Source: Macrostomum lignano
Taxonomy: Eukaryota
DNA length: 64,000 nucleotides
Direction of reading: 5' to 3'
Assembly (NCBI GenBank): GCA_002269645.1
Contig: NIVC01000143.1
Location: 310,001-374,000, forward strand
Part shown: piece by piece, positions 37,101 to 47,429 of the stretch
Layout: every line of letters starts with the position of its first letter
How positions within the stretch are numbered: the stretch's first letter is position 1
Notes under the pieces: generated by a model
Databases searched by the model: none
Told to the model about the DNA's origin: nothing
What the model saw: only the letters and a program-made list of their open reading frames with translations
Made by a program: the position numbers and the translations under genes

Positions 37101-38166
37101 GAATTTCTCGCTTCAAACTTCGAACTAAAATAGGGGCCGACAAACTAGTTCTTCTCAAAGGCCAGATAAAGAACCTAGTGCATGACTGGGGGGCAGAGGG
37201 GAGAGAGGAGAGAAGAAGAGAGGAGAGCAGAGAGGAAAGAGGGGAGGGGAGAGGAGAGGGGAGAGAAGAGAGAAGAGAAGAGAGGAGAGAAGAGAGGAGA
37301 GAAGAGAGAAGAGAAGAGAGGAAAGAGGAAAGAAGAGAGAAGAGAGGAGAGAAGAGAGGAAAGAGGAAAGAAGAGAGGAGAGAAGAGAGGAATGAGGAGA
37401 GAAGAGAGGAATGAGGAGAGAAGAGAGGAATGAGGAGAGAAGAGAGGAGAGAAGCGAGGAGAGAAGAGAGGAGAGAAGAGAGGAGCTTAGAGAGAAGGCA
37501 GCTAGAAGAGACACGAACCTTCAGCAGGCCGGACCGCTATTGTAACGTTTCAAAGGACCCGAGGGCCGGATAGAGGGCCCACGGGCCGGAGTTAATTGCC
37601 AATCCCTGATCATACAATAAAAAAATCAACTTCCATCAAACTTCCAGGCCGCTACGCAGCAGCAGCAGCAGCTTCAATCGGCTCAGGCATTCGCACTTGA
37701 CACACGGCGTCGACGACAGAGCATCGAATCTTCACCTCCGCCAGGCTACTACAACTACCCGGATGGCAAGCGGCAGCCGCAGCAGCAGCAGCAGCTCCTG
37801 TTTGCCACACAGTCGCGAAACCTGCTTCAACGCAATGGAAGCAGCAATTTTCTACCTCAACCAGTAGCCGGAGTGGCCTCGTCCTATCAGACAATTCGTC
37901 CGTCGCTTCGTCCAGCTGAGATGGAAGCGATCGGTGGCAACTACTCGCAGCTGCTCATGCACGGATCCGGTCCCGCCGCGCCTGGCAGCGAAGACGCCGA
38001 GGATCACCTGGCTGAGACATCGACAGCGGCGGGTCAGACCGGCGCAACTCTTCGACACGATGACTCGGTCGGCACGCCAGCTTCGGCGAGGAAATCTTCG
38101 ACTCAGTCTGCAGGCACTGTCGGTAAAAAGCTGAGAACGCCGTATACTACTGTCAGTTTTGTTTAA
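28193..38166 (+). CDS. Protocadherin, delta-1-like architecture (signal peptide, 7 EC repeats, TM, cytoplasmic tail ending TVSFV), ~1101 aa
   Basis: join(28193..30884,36699..36793,37648..38166). TCTACAG acceptor at 28183 before the ATG; donor G|GTAAGT at 30885; phase 1->0 exon (VKRHCRGVGMSGKDISLPQQIGVDRSLLAKS, GTGAGT donor); terminal exon 519 nt. LDRE, DxD and DxNDxxPxF motifs; TM LTAIVGLMIATGVLIVVLVFAVCLL. First exon is certain; additional small exons cannot be excluded. Confidence 0.88.
31030..31560. repeat. 33-bp pyrimidine-rich minisatellite (TTTCCGCCCCATTTTCCTCTCCACTCTCATCCG), protocadherin intron 1
   Basis: Direct reading; the source of the spurious C-terminus of the 1126-aa ORF. Confidence 0.9.
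32535..34710. repeat. 28-bp minisatellite (CCAGCCTCCCAGATCCTCAGTTGCTGGG), ~75 copies, with an 867-bp higher-order duplication
   Basis: Direct reading; near-identical ORFs 32858-33367 and 33725-34234 are 867 bp apart. Confidence 0.95.
35222..35640. repeat. 28-bp minisatellite in inverted orientation relative to 32535-34710
   Basis: Direct reading (reverse complement of the upstream unit), ~15 copies. Confidence 0.95.
37190..37495. repeat. GA-rich low-complexity tract, protocadherin intron 2
   Basis: Direct reading. Confidence 0.9.
37520..37610. mobile_element. Possible hAT-type MITE terminal fragment
   Basis: Repeated GGGCCGGA subterminal-like motifs ending in TTGCCAATCCCTG (reverse complement CAGGGATTGGCAA, hAT-like TIR); the other end was not found. 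Confidence 0.3.
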
Positions 38167-38719
38167 CATGCTGCCGATGAGAGACTTTAAGAGGCTTTAG
38201 TTCCTGAGAGGCGCTTGTGGTCGTGCACTTGTAGGGTCCGTCTGCTTCACCGGTTCTACCGGGTCTGGTACAACTAACTGCCGAACCCAAACCCAAACGT
38301 CTCTTTTAACTTCCTTTAAAGTCCATTTGATAACAAGACGCACTTGCGCCAGTGCAACCCAGTGCTATCATTGCACATTAGAGCTGCTAGTACTTGTACA
38401 TATGTACAATTAAAAATTATATACGCGTAATTATTTATAACTTGCTAATTGAAGACAAATAGTGATGTAAATATTGTTAACTTGGATGTCAAAACAAATT
38501 AAGATGCCTTTTTGATATTGTTCGTCACCATTGTGAAGCGAATTTTTGTTTAACTGCAGTATTCAAGTGTTAATAAAACTTGGATGACAAATTATGCAAT
38601 TTAAACATTCAAAAAACAACTTGATGTGTTAACATGTAAGTTTTGGCTTGACTTAATCGTCTCTGCTCAGTAGGCAACCAATGTTCATAAAGTTGAACAT
38701 ATAAAGTCGTTTATGCATC

Positions 38720-39265
38720 GCCTCCCAGATCCTCAGTTGCTGAGCCAGCCTCCCAAATTCTCAGTCTCTGGGCCAGCCTCCCAGATCCTCAGTTGCTGAG
38801 CCAGCCTCCCAAATTCTCAGTCTCTGGGCCAGCCTCCCAGATCCTCAGTGTAGAGAGCGAAGCCGAGAGAGAGAAAGTTATGTGTTGTGTGTAGCCGATA
38901 AAGCCTTAAGCTATTGTAGGCTCTGTGCGATCGATTTATATATTTAGCAGCGACCCTGCAGTTGAGACTGCGTACATTAAAAACAGAAAGCCAAGAATAT
39001 TGGATGTACATCGGAAATGCACACCAGGACTAAAAACACTTATTATGCAAGCACTGGGCAGCAGGTGCCTACACTCAGTTGCTGGGCCAGCCTCCCAGAT
39101 CCTCAGTCTCTGGGCCAGCCTCCCAGATCCTCAGTCTCTGGGCCAGCCTCCCAGATCCTCAGTCTCTGTTCCAGCCTCCCAGATCCTCAGTCTCTGTTCC
39201 AGCCTCCCAGATCCTCAGTCTCTGGGCCAGCCTCCCAGATCCTCAGTTTCCGGGATCCTCAGTTG
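38720..39265. repeat. Two short blocks of the 28-bp minisatellite family (38720-38850, 39075-39265)
   Basis: Direct reading. Confidence 0.9.
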
Positions 39266-39894
39266 CCGGGACATGTGCACTTTGCGCTCTTTAAGACATT
39301 GTCACAACCGGCGAGAGGCATTACTGCCCATTCCGCCGACTCCCCTGAGCAGAAACACAAGCGCGCGGATATGTATAGTAGGCAGTATGTAGGCAGGCAC
39401 ACACTCACACAGGAGTGTACAGCGGCCCTAACTTTATTTATCGTTAGGCATGTACACTTCACTGCTCCTTGGGTGGTTGTCCTTCAATCGCAAATCAATT
39501 TGACTGCACTTGGAATCGAGCCTGGGCCGCTGGCATATCAGAGGTAATAATAGTGTCGCTGATAGAATCCCAGGCAGCTGACTGGCTAACTTCAGGCAGG
39601 TCATAAAACTTTTCACAACACTGTTGTTTCGGCGTTTTGTTCGTTGCATTGTGGAAGTGACTGAACGCATAGCTGGGGTTATCTTAAATAAAGTTTAGTC
39701 GCTAGGGATCTATTAGTGATGTTAGTCAGTGGTGTACGCGGCAAGGGGGAGGGCGCTACCCTCCCTCTCATAGCCTCCCACAATAATTGCATTCAGACAA
39801 AAACTAAATAAGAGGCAAACCAGCTCCGACAAATAAATGACTGCTCAACTTTTTCCACCTCTATAGACGCGACATTCACCATGGCATAGAAGAC

Positions 39895-40180
39895 AAGGGT
39901 AGGGGCGCCCACCAAGAGACAGGGGCGCCCACCAAGAGACAGGGGCGCCCAACAAGAGACAGGGGCACCCAACAAGAGACAGGGACGCCAACCAAGAGAC
40001 AGGGGCGCCCAACAAGAGACAGGGGCGCCCACCAAGAGACAGGGACGCCCACCAAGAGACAGGGGCGCCCACCAAGAGACAGGGGCGCCAACCAAGAGAC
40101 AGGGGCGCCCACCAAGAGACAGGGGCGCCAACCAAGAGACAGGGGCGCCAACCAAGAGACAGGGGCGCCCACTAAGACAC
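39895..40180. repeat. 20-bp minisatellite (AGGGGCGCCCACCAAGAGAC), ~14 copies
   Basis: Direct reading. Confidence 0.95.
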
Positions 40181-40889
40181 CAAATATCGGCACCCCACTT
40201 AGGGTTGCGGCCCCTTAAAATTACAATTTCTTCGTACGCTCCTGCCTCTAGAAGTCCATGCCAGCAAGAATGGGACAATAATTATTAAAGAGGGTCAGGG
40301 TAGGCTGGGTAGCTGAATGACTGGGTAGAACTGAAACCCGAAGCTCCCCAACTCCCTCCCCAGCTGATTCAGCGGGCGGGCACATACATATACACTGTAA
40401 TTGGTATAGAATTTCACGCAAACCAATTGGTAGCTGAATTTGAAAAATCCCCTCTTCTTCGGGAGCCCCAACGCGAATTTTTACCTACACCACGGCCTGC
40501 GAATGTTTGCACAATTGCGGCCAAACTAACTGAGAGAGAGTGAGGCAGTTGCGGGGTGAAAGTCATAAAGGCCAGCAACAGTTATAGAGAGCGCAGTGCT
40601 AGAGATAGCAGGAGACACACGCAGCCAGGCAGATAGGAGAGAAAGGCATTGTTTATATGATAAAAGAAAATTTGTGTTAAGGGCGCGCGGGGCAATAGTT
40701 GGAGAAGATAGGCACCAAAACGCCTGAACCAAGGATTAAGGAAGCTATATGGGGATAAATAAAAATTTCTGGTTGTTGCCAAGCTGGGGTTCGAAGTCGA
40801 ATTGGTGGCGTGCCAAGGTGACTGCTGTAAAGGAGTCTGGAGAGCGAGTTCAGTGTTCTTAGCTTGCCTCAATTTCTGTTAAGTGAACC

Positions 40890-41380
40890 GCAGGTGAGAT
40901 TTTGGCGCTATTTAAGCGCCGCAAGTGAGATTCTGGCGATTTTGGAACACCTTAAGATTTTAGCGACATTTAAGCGCCTCAAGTGAGACTTTGGCGCCAT
41001 TTAAGCGCCGCAAGTAAGATTATGGCGCCATTTTAGCGCCTTAAGTAAGACTTTAGCGACATTTAAGCGCCTCAAGTGAGATTTTTCCGCCCTTTTAACA
41101 CCTTCAGTGAAATTTTAGCGCCATTTAAAGCGCCGCAAGTGAAATTTTGGCGCCATTTAAGCGCCGCAAGCGACATTTTGGTGCCATTTAAGCGCCGCAA
41201 GCGACATTTTGGCGCCATTTAAGCGCCGCAAGCGACATTTTGGCGCTATTTAAGCGCCGCAAGCGAGATTTTGGTGCCATTTAAGCGCCGCAGCTGAGAT
41301 TTTAGCGCCATTTAAGCGCCGCGAGCAAGATTTTGGCGCTATTTAAGCGCCGCAAGCGAGATTTTGGCGCTATTTAAGCT
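40890..41380. repeat. 31-bp minisatellite (GCGCCATTTAAGCGCCGCAAGCGACATTTTG), ~15 copies
   Basis: Direct reading. Confidence 0.9.
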
Positions 41381-41959
41381 CCAATGAGATTAGACTTGCT
41401 GCCACTTATTTTGCTAGCAAAGAAATGAATGCATGCATAGGCCGACCCAACACTCCAGACTCCATGTTTCCAGGGGGGATCTCCATGCGCGATGCAGCAG
41501 AACAAGCCTCCCAGTTACCATCGGAGTGGAAGGGCACGGCTGATAAGGACCGGATCGCATAGTCAGTCAGTCAGTCTTGTTCCTTCCAAGCTTGCAGTTC
41601 TCTCTGTTAACAAATCTCTACACCCTCCCCCCCCCCTACAGATTTGAGAAGCGTTGACAGACAGCCAGCGGCATTCGACCGTCCCGTTTACAACCTGGAA
41701 CAGGTTTTATAGCGGCGTAGGTAACCCCCCCCCCTGTTTCATCCACATTGACTGACCGATTGTGCTATAAAAATTCGACAAATATAAAATTTATCAATGC
41801 AATTTACAGTGCAATTGCCCATGTGGGATAGCTGTAGGCACTGTGCAGGTCTTGTAGCAGGTGACGGAAGCGTTTGTCTTGTGAAGTAATAATACTGCGA
41901 TTTTATACCTTTTATACAGGTTTCCCTGTTCGCTTCTCTTTGTTCGAAAGGTAAAGCCT

Positions 41960-42975
41960 CAGTGTGTGTCTCAGTGTCAATCCCTGTCTGTCTTAGTGTG
42001 TCTTAGTGTCTGCCTTAGTGTCTGTCCCAGTGTCTGTCCCAGCGTCTGTCTCAGTGTCAATCCCAGTGTCTGTCTCAGTGTCTGTCCCAGCGTCTGTCTC
42101 AGTGTCAATCCCAGCGTCTGTCTCAGTGTCAATCCCAGTGTCTGTCCCAGCGTCTGTCTCAGTGTCAATCCCAGTGTCTGTCCCAGCGTCTGTCTCAGTG
42201 TCAATCCCAGTGTCTGTCTCAGTGTCTGTCCCAGCGTCTGTTTCAGTGTCAATCCCAGTGTCTGTCTCAGTGTCTGTCCCAGTGTCTGTCCCAGCGTCTG
42301 TCCCAGCGTCTGTCTCAGTGTCAATCCCAGCGTCTGTCTCAGTGTCAATCCCAGTGTCTGTCCCAGCGTCTGTCTCAGTGTCAATCCCAGTGTCTGTCTC
42401 AGTGTCTGTCCCGGTGTCTGTCCCAGCGTCTGTTTCAGTGTCAATCCCAGTGTCTGTCTCAGTGTCTGTCCCAGTGTCTGTCCCAGCGTCTGTCTCAGTG
42501 TCAATCCCAGTGTCTGTCTCAGTGTCAATCCCAGTGTCTGTCCCAGCGTCTGTCTCAGTGTCTGTCTCAGTGTCTGTCCCAGCGTCTGTCTCAGTGTCAA
42601 TCCTAGTGTCTGTCTCAGTGTCTGTCCCAGCGTCTGTCTCAGTGTCTGTCTCAGTGTCTGTCTCAGTGTCTGTCCCAGTGTCTGTCCCAGTATCTGTCTT
42701 AGTGTCTGTCTTAGTGTCTGTCTTAGTGTCTGTCTTAGTGTCTGTCCCAGCGTCTGTCTCAGTGTCTGCCCCAGTGTCTGTCTTAGTGTCTGTCTTAGTG
42801 TCTGTCTTAGTGTCTGTCTCAGTGTCTGCCCCAGTGTCTGACTTAGTGTCTGTCCCAGTGTCTGTCCCAGTGTCTTGTCCCAGTGTCTGTCCCAGTGTCT
42901 GTCTCAGTGTCTGTCCCAGTGTCTGTCCCAGTGTCTTGTCCCAGTGTCTGTCCCAGTGTCTGTCTCAGTGTCTCA
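41960..42975. repeat. 12-bp minisatellite (CAGTGTCTGTCY and variants)
   Basis: Direct reading; reverse complement of the ARMC3 intron 2 repeat. Confidence 0.95.
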
Positions 42976-43807
42976 GAACCGTGTCCAAGATCAATAATCA
43001 CAAAACAAGGAAAAACAACCAAGTTGAAAAGCAACAATATTTAAAATATATAATGAAAAATCGGCAGCATAAGGTGCGCCTGCATCGCATGAACAAACCA
43101 GCTATTGATGGCAGTCATTCGTTGATCATAATTTGTGCAATAAATCAATAAGAATAAAGTTCAATTTATAATCGCATCATTAGCAAAGCAGTTGAATTTT
43201 GTGCTTATTAGGAGATTTATATAATAAAAGGATGAAAAGCAAGTGCACAGAGAACTTTAAAAGAATTCCTACCTTACTAAACTAGCCGGCATTGTGAATT
43301 GGACAGAAAAATAAAATGATTTAAAACTTTATTAAGGCAAAAAGCATGTTAATGTGACCAGCTATTCTTCAGCTGACTAGATCGTCAATGAGTACAGATT
43401 GCAAGCGAAAATTTTAATGAAATTTGTAAACAAAAGCTTAGACTAGCGCGTTAAAGTGAAGCAATAAAAAAATTAACTAATTAATCAATTAGGAAAATTT
43501 CGATGTTAAAATTAAAATTTAGCATTTTGCTGCAAGTAGAACAGGGTTAACTTTTGAAAAAAGACGTCATAACAAGTTTGAGATCAGAAGGTGCAACTGC
43601 ATAACAAGCGGGAGTGAAAAATAATAATAGAGATCTTTATCTTTATAATTTCTAATTATAATATTTGATGTATCAACTTTATATGATCTGCTATTCGCGG
43701 CTTTATAATGAAAGACTTTGGTAAAAAAACTGAGGTTAATTGATAGGGTTGACAACACATCTCTATGAAACATAATCATAGAGTTAACTCAGAAATTATC
43801 GACAATC

Positions 43808-46430
43808 AGGTGTACACACTGACCTGACCCCTAAAATATTCTCTACCCCCAGGTGTACACACTGACCCCCAAAATATTCTCTACCCCCAGGTGTACACAC
43901 CTGACCCCAAAATATTCTCTACCCCCAGGTGTACACACCTGACCCCCAAAATATTCTCTACCCCCAGGTGTACACACTGACCTGACCCCCAAAATATTCT
44001 ATACCCCCAGGTGTACACACTGACCCCCAAAATATTCTCTACCCCCAGGTGTACACACCTGACCCCAAAATATTCTCTACCCCCAGGTGTACACACTGAC
44101 CTGACCCCCAAAATATTCTCTACCCCCAGGTGTACACACTGACCTGACCCCCAAAATATTCTCTACCCCCAGGTGTACACACTGACCTGACCCCCAAAAT
44201 ATTCTCTACCCCCAGGTGTACACACTGACCCCCAAAATATTCTCTACCCCCAGGTGTACACACCTGACCCCAAAATATTCTCTACCCCCAGGTGTACACA
44301 CTGACCTGACCCCCAAAATATTCTCTACCCCCAGGTGTACACACTGACCTGACCCCCAAAATATTCTCTACCCCCAGGTGTACACACTGACCTGACCCCC
44401 AAAATATTCTCTACCCCCAGGTGTACACACTGACCCCCAAAATATTCTCTACCCCCAGGTGTACACACCTGACCCCAAAATATTCTCTACCCCCAGGTGT
44501 ACACACCTGACCCCCAGAATATTCTCTACCCCCAGGTGTACACACTGACCCCCAAAATATTCTATACCCCCAGGTGTACACACCTGACCCTCGAAATATT
44601 CTCTACCCCCAGGTGTACACACCTGACCCCAAAATATTCTCTACCCCCAGGTGTACACACTGACCTGACCCCCAAAATATTCTCTACCCCAGGTGTACAC
44701 ACCTGACCCCCAAAATATTCTCTACCCCAGGTGTACATACCTGACCCCCGAAATATTCTCTACCTCAGGTGTACACACCTGACCCTAAAAATATTCTCTA
44801 CCCCAGGTGTACACACCTGACCCCCAAAATATTCTCTACCCCAGGTGTACATACCTGACCCCCAAAATATTCTCTACCTCAGGTGTACATACCTGACCCC
44901 CAAAATATTCTCTACCCCAGGTGTACACACCTGACCCCCAAAATATTCTCTACCCCAGGTGTACATACCTGACCCCCAAAATATTCTCTACCTCAGGTGT
45001 ACACACCTGACCCCCAAAATATTCTCTACCCCAGGTGTACACACCTGACCCCCAAAATATTCTCTACCCCAGGTGTACATACCTGACCCCCAAAATATTC
45101 TCTACCCCAGGTGTACACACCTGACCCCCAAAATATTCTCTACCCCAGGTGTACACACCTGACCCCCAAAATATTCTCTACCCCAGGTAGTCTGCACCTC
45201 GGTGAGAACACCTCAGTTTCCAAGCTGAAATTTGCGCCATTGAAAAGTGCCCAGCAACTGCTTCAGGCGAACATTAATAACTTTGACATTAATTTCTACA
45301 CTGATAGCCAAGCTGCTATTAAGGCCTTAACCACTGAGAATATCTCCGCTGCTACAGTATCCCAATGCCACCGCAGTGTGCAATCTCTCTCAGTCCTTAA
45401 CAGGATTAGAATTATCTGGACACCTGGTCACAGCAACATCCTGGGCAACGAGCTCGCGGACTCTCTCGCCAAGGAGGGCAGCAACCCAGACGGCAACCAC
45501 CGTCTGATGAGGCTACCCACCCCCAGGTCGCAAGTCACCCGCCATATCAACAGGTGGCTCCATCAGCAGCACCAGCTCCACTGGAACAGCTGCACCGAGT
45601 ACAGGCAGAGCCGCTCTGCCATGCCTAACCTGAACAGGAAAGTCTCTGATTATCTGATTTCGCTTAACAGAACCGACCTCAGGGAGATGTGCATGGTCCT
45701 AACCGGCCATGGATTCTTCCAGAGACATATATCGTTGCAAACCAGTTGCCCTCCCACCTGTCCTTTCTGTGGCACAGGAGAGGAGACCGCGGAGCATCAC
45801 GTCACCTTCTGCCCTTACTTCAACAAGGCGCGGCACAAATACCTCGGCCACCCCCAGCGGATGGACGAGCTGACCACCGCGGACAATATCCGAGACCTCC
45901 GCGCCTTCGTCCGGGACTCCGGCCGGATGAGGGTCGCCGATGCCTCCACAGGCAGCAGCGAACCTGCCGACTACTGGCGGGGACTGGGCGCACCCCCAGG
46001 GTTAATCCTTGTGCTCTTTTACCTTGGGGTTGCGATAGGGGCCTCGCGGCCTATTCGCGGCGCCTGCGCCCCCGTCAGTAGTAAGTAAGTAAGTACCCCA
46101 GGTGTACACACCTGACCCCCAAAATATTCTCTACCCCAGGTGTACACACCTGACCTGATCCCAAAATATTCTCTACCTCCAGGTGTACACACCTGACCCC
46201 CGAAATATTCTCTACCCCCAGGTGTACACACCTGACCTGATCCCAAAATATTCTCTACCCCAGGTGTACACACCTGACCTCCGAAATATTCTCTACCCCC
46301 AGGTGTACATACCTGACCTGATCCCAAAATATTCTCTACCCCAGGTGTACACACCTGACCTGATCCCAAAATATTCTCTACCCCAGGTGTACACACCTGA
46401 CCTCCGAAATATTCTCTACCCCCAGGTGTG
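43808..46430. repeat. ~32-38-bp minisatellite (CTGACCCCCAAAATATTCTCTACCCCCAGGTGTACACAC), interrupted by a LINE at 45189-46093
   Basis: Direct reading. Confidence 0.95.
45189..46093 (+). mobile_element. 5'-truncated non-LTR retrotransposon (I-group-like): RNase H + C-terminal Zn-finger region, (TAAG)n tail
   Basis: [14 protein letters not shown]...[23 protein letters not shown] (RNase H), [18 protein letters not shown]; tail AGTAAGTAAGTAAG; 10-bp TSD TACCCCAGGT at 45179-45188 and 46094-46103; the QAEICAI helix is out of frame near 45215-45250. Confidence 0.92.
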
Positions 46431-46854
46431 TGTTTATACCTCATTTACCATACGTATAGAAAAGCAAAATATGGAAGTAAAATAAGTGCAGACTGAGAAG
46501 CAATATAAGCAACAGTGGCCCGTGTTAGCTACGAACATCAAGTAAAAAAGTAACAGAGCTAGCTGTCAGTCAAGTGCAATCAATTGATACCTAGATATGA
46601 ATAGAGATTGGTTCAATTCAATTAGCTAATGCCAAGGAAGCAACGCGGTGCGGTTCAATAATACGGGTAAAAAATGGATTAGAAATTACACGGTCAAGGG
46701 ACAGAATCAATACTTGCTGTAGCAGTCAAGCAGCCATTTTAGCTTACATAATAATTTGCAAGCACTAAGAAATAATTGAAAGCTTCATTTTCGCTTAGGC
46801 ATGAACTGAGAAGTGCTAGGAAAGTTGAAAGGAAAATTGTGGGGAATGAGAAAG

Positions 46855-47400
46855 GGAAATAAGAGGGGGAATGAGAGGGGGAATGAGAGGGGCAATAAAA
46901 GGGGGAATGAGAGGGGGAATGAGAGGGGCAATAAAAGGGGGAATGAGAGGGGGAATGAGAGGGGCAATAAAAGGGGGAATGAGAGGGGGAATGAGAGGGG
47001 CAATAAAAGGGGGAATGAGAGGGGGAATGAGAGGGGCAATAAAAGAGGAATAAGAGGGGGAATGAGAGGGGCAATAAAAGGGGAATAAGAGGGGGAATGA
47101 GAGAGCAATAAAACAGGGAATGAGAGGGGGAATGAGAGGGGCAATAAGAGGGAATGAGAGGGGGAATGAGACGGGGAATGAGAGGGGCCATAAAAGGGGG
47201 AATAAGAGGGGGAATGAGAGGGGCAATAAAAGGGGGAATGAGAGGGGGGATAAGAGGGGCAATAAGAGGGGAATGGGAGGGAGGAAGAGAGAGGAAGAGA
47301 GGAAGAGAGGGGAATGAGAGGGGAATGAGAGGGGAAATGAGGGGGGGAAATGAGGGGGAATGAGAGGGGAAATGAGGGGGAATGAGAGGGGAAATGAGGC
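46855..47400. repeat. Purine-rich 12-bp repeat (GGGGAATGAGAG / GGGCAATAAAAG)
   Basis: Direct reading. Confidence 0.9.
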
Positions 47401-47429
47401 AAATAAGAAATACCACTCAATTCACCAAA

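Noticed and set aside
39727-40244. Possible hAT element (CAGTGGTGTACG ... CGTACGCTCCTG, 9/12 TIR match) enclosing the 20-bp satellite
   Set aside because: Flanking 8-mers (ATGTTAGT vs CCTCTAGA) do not form a TSD; the evidence is insufficient.
45111-45188. N-terminus of the 325-aa ORF (MYTPDPQN...)
   Set aside because: It comes from satellite sequence upstream of the LINE 5' truncation point, so it is not part of the element's protein.
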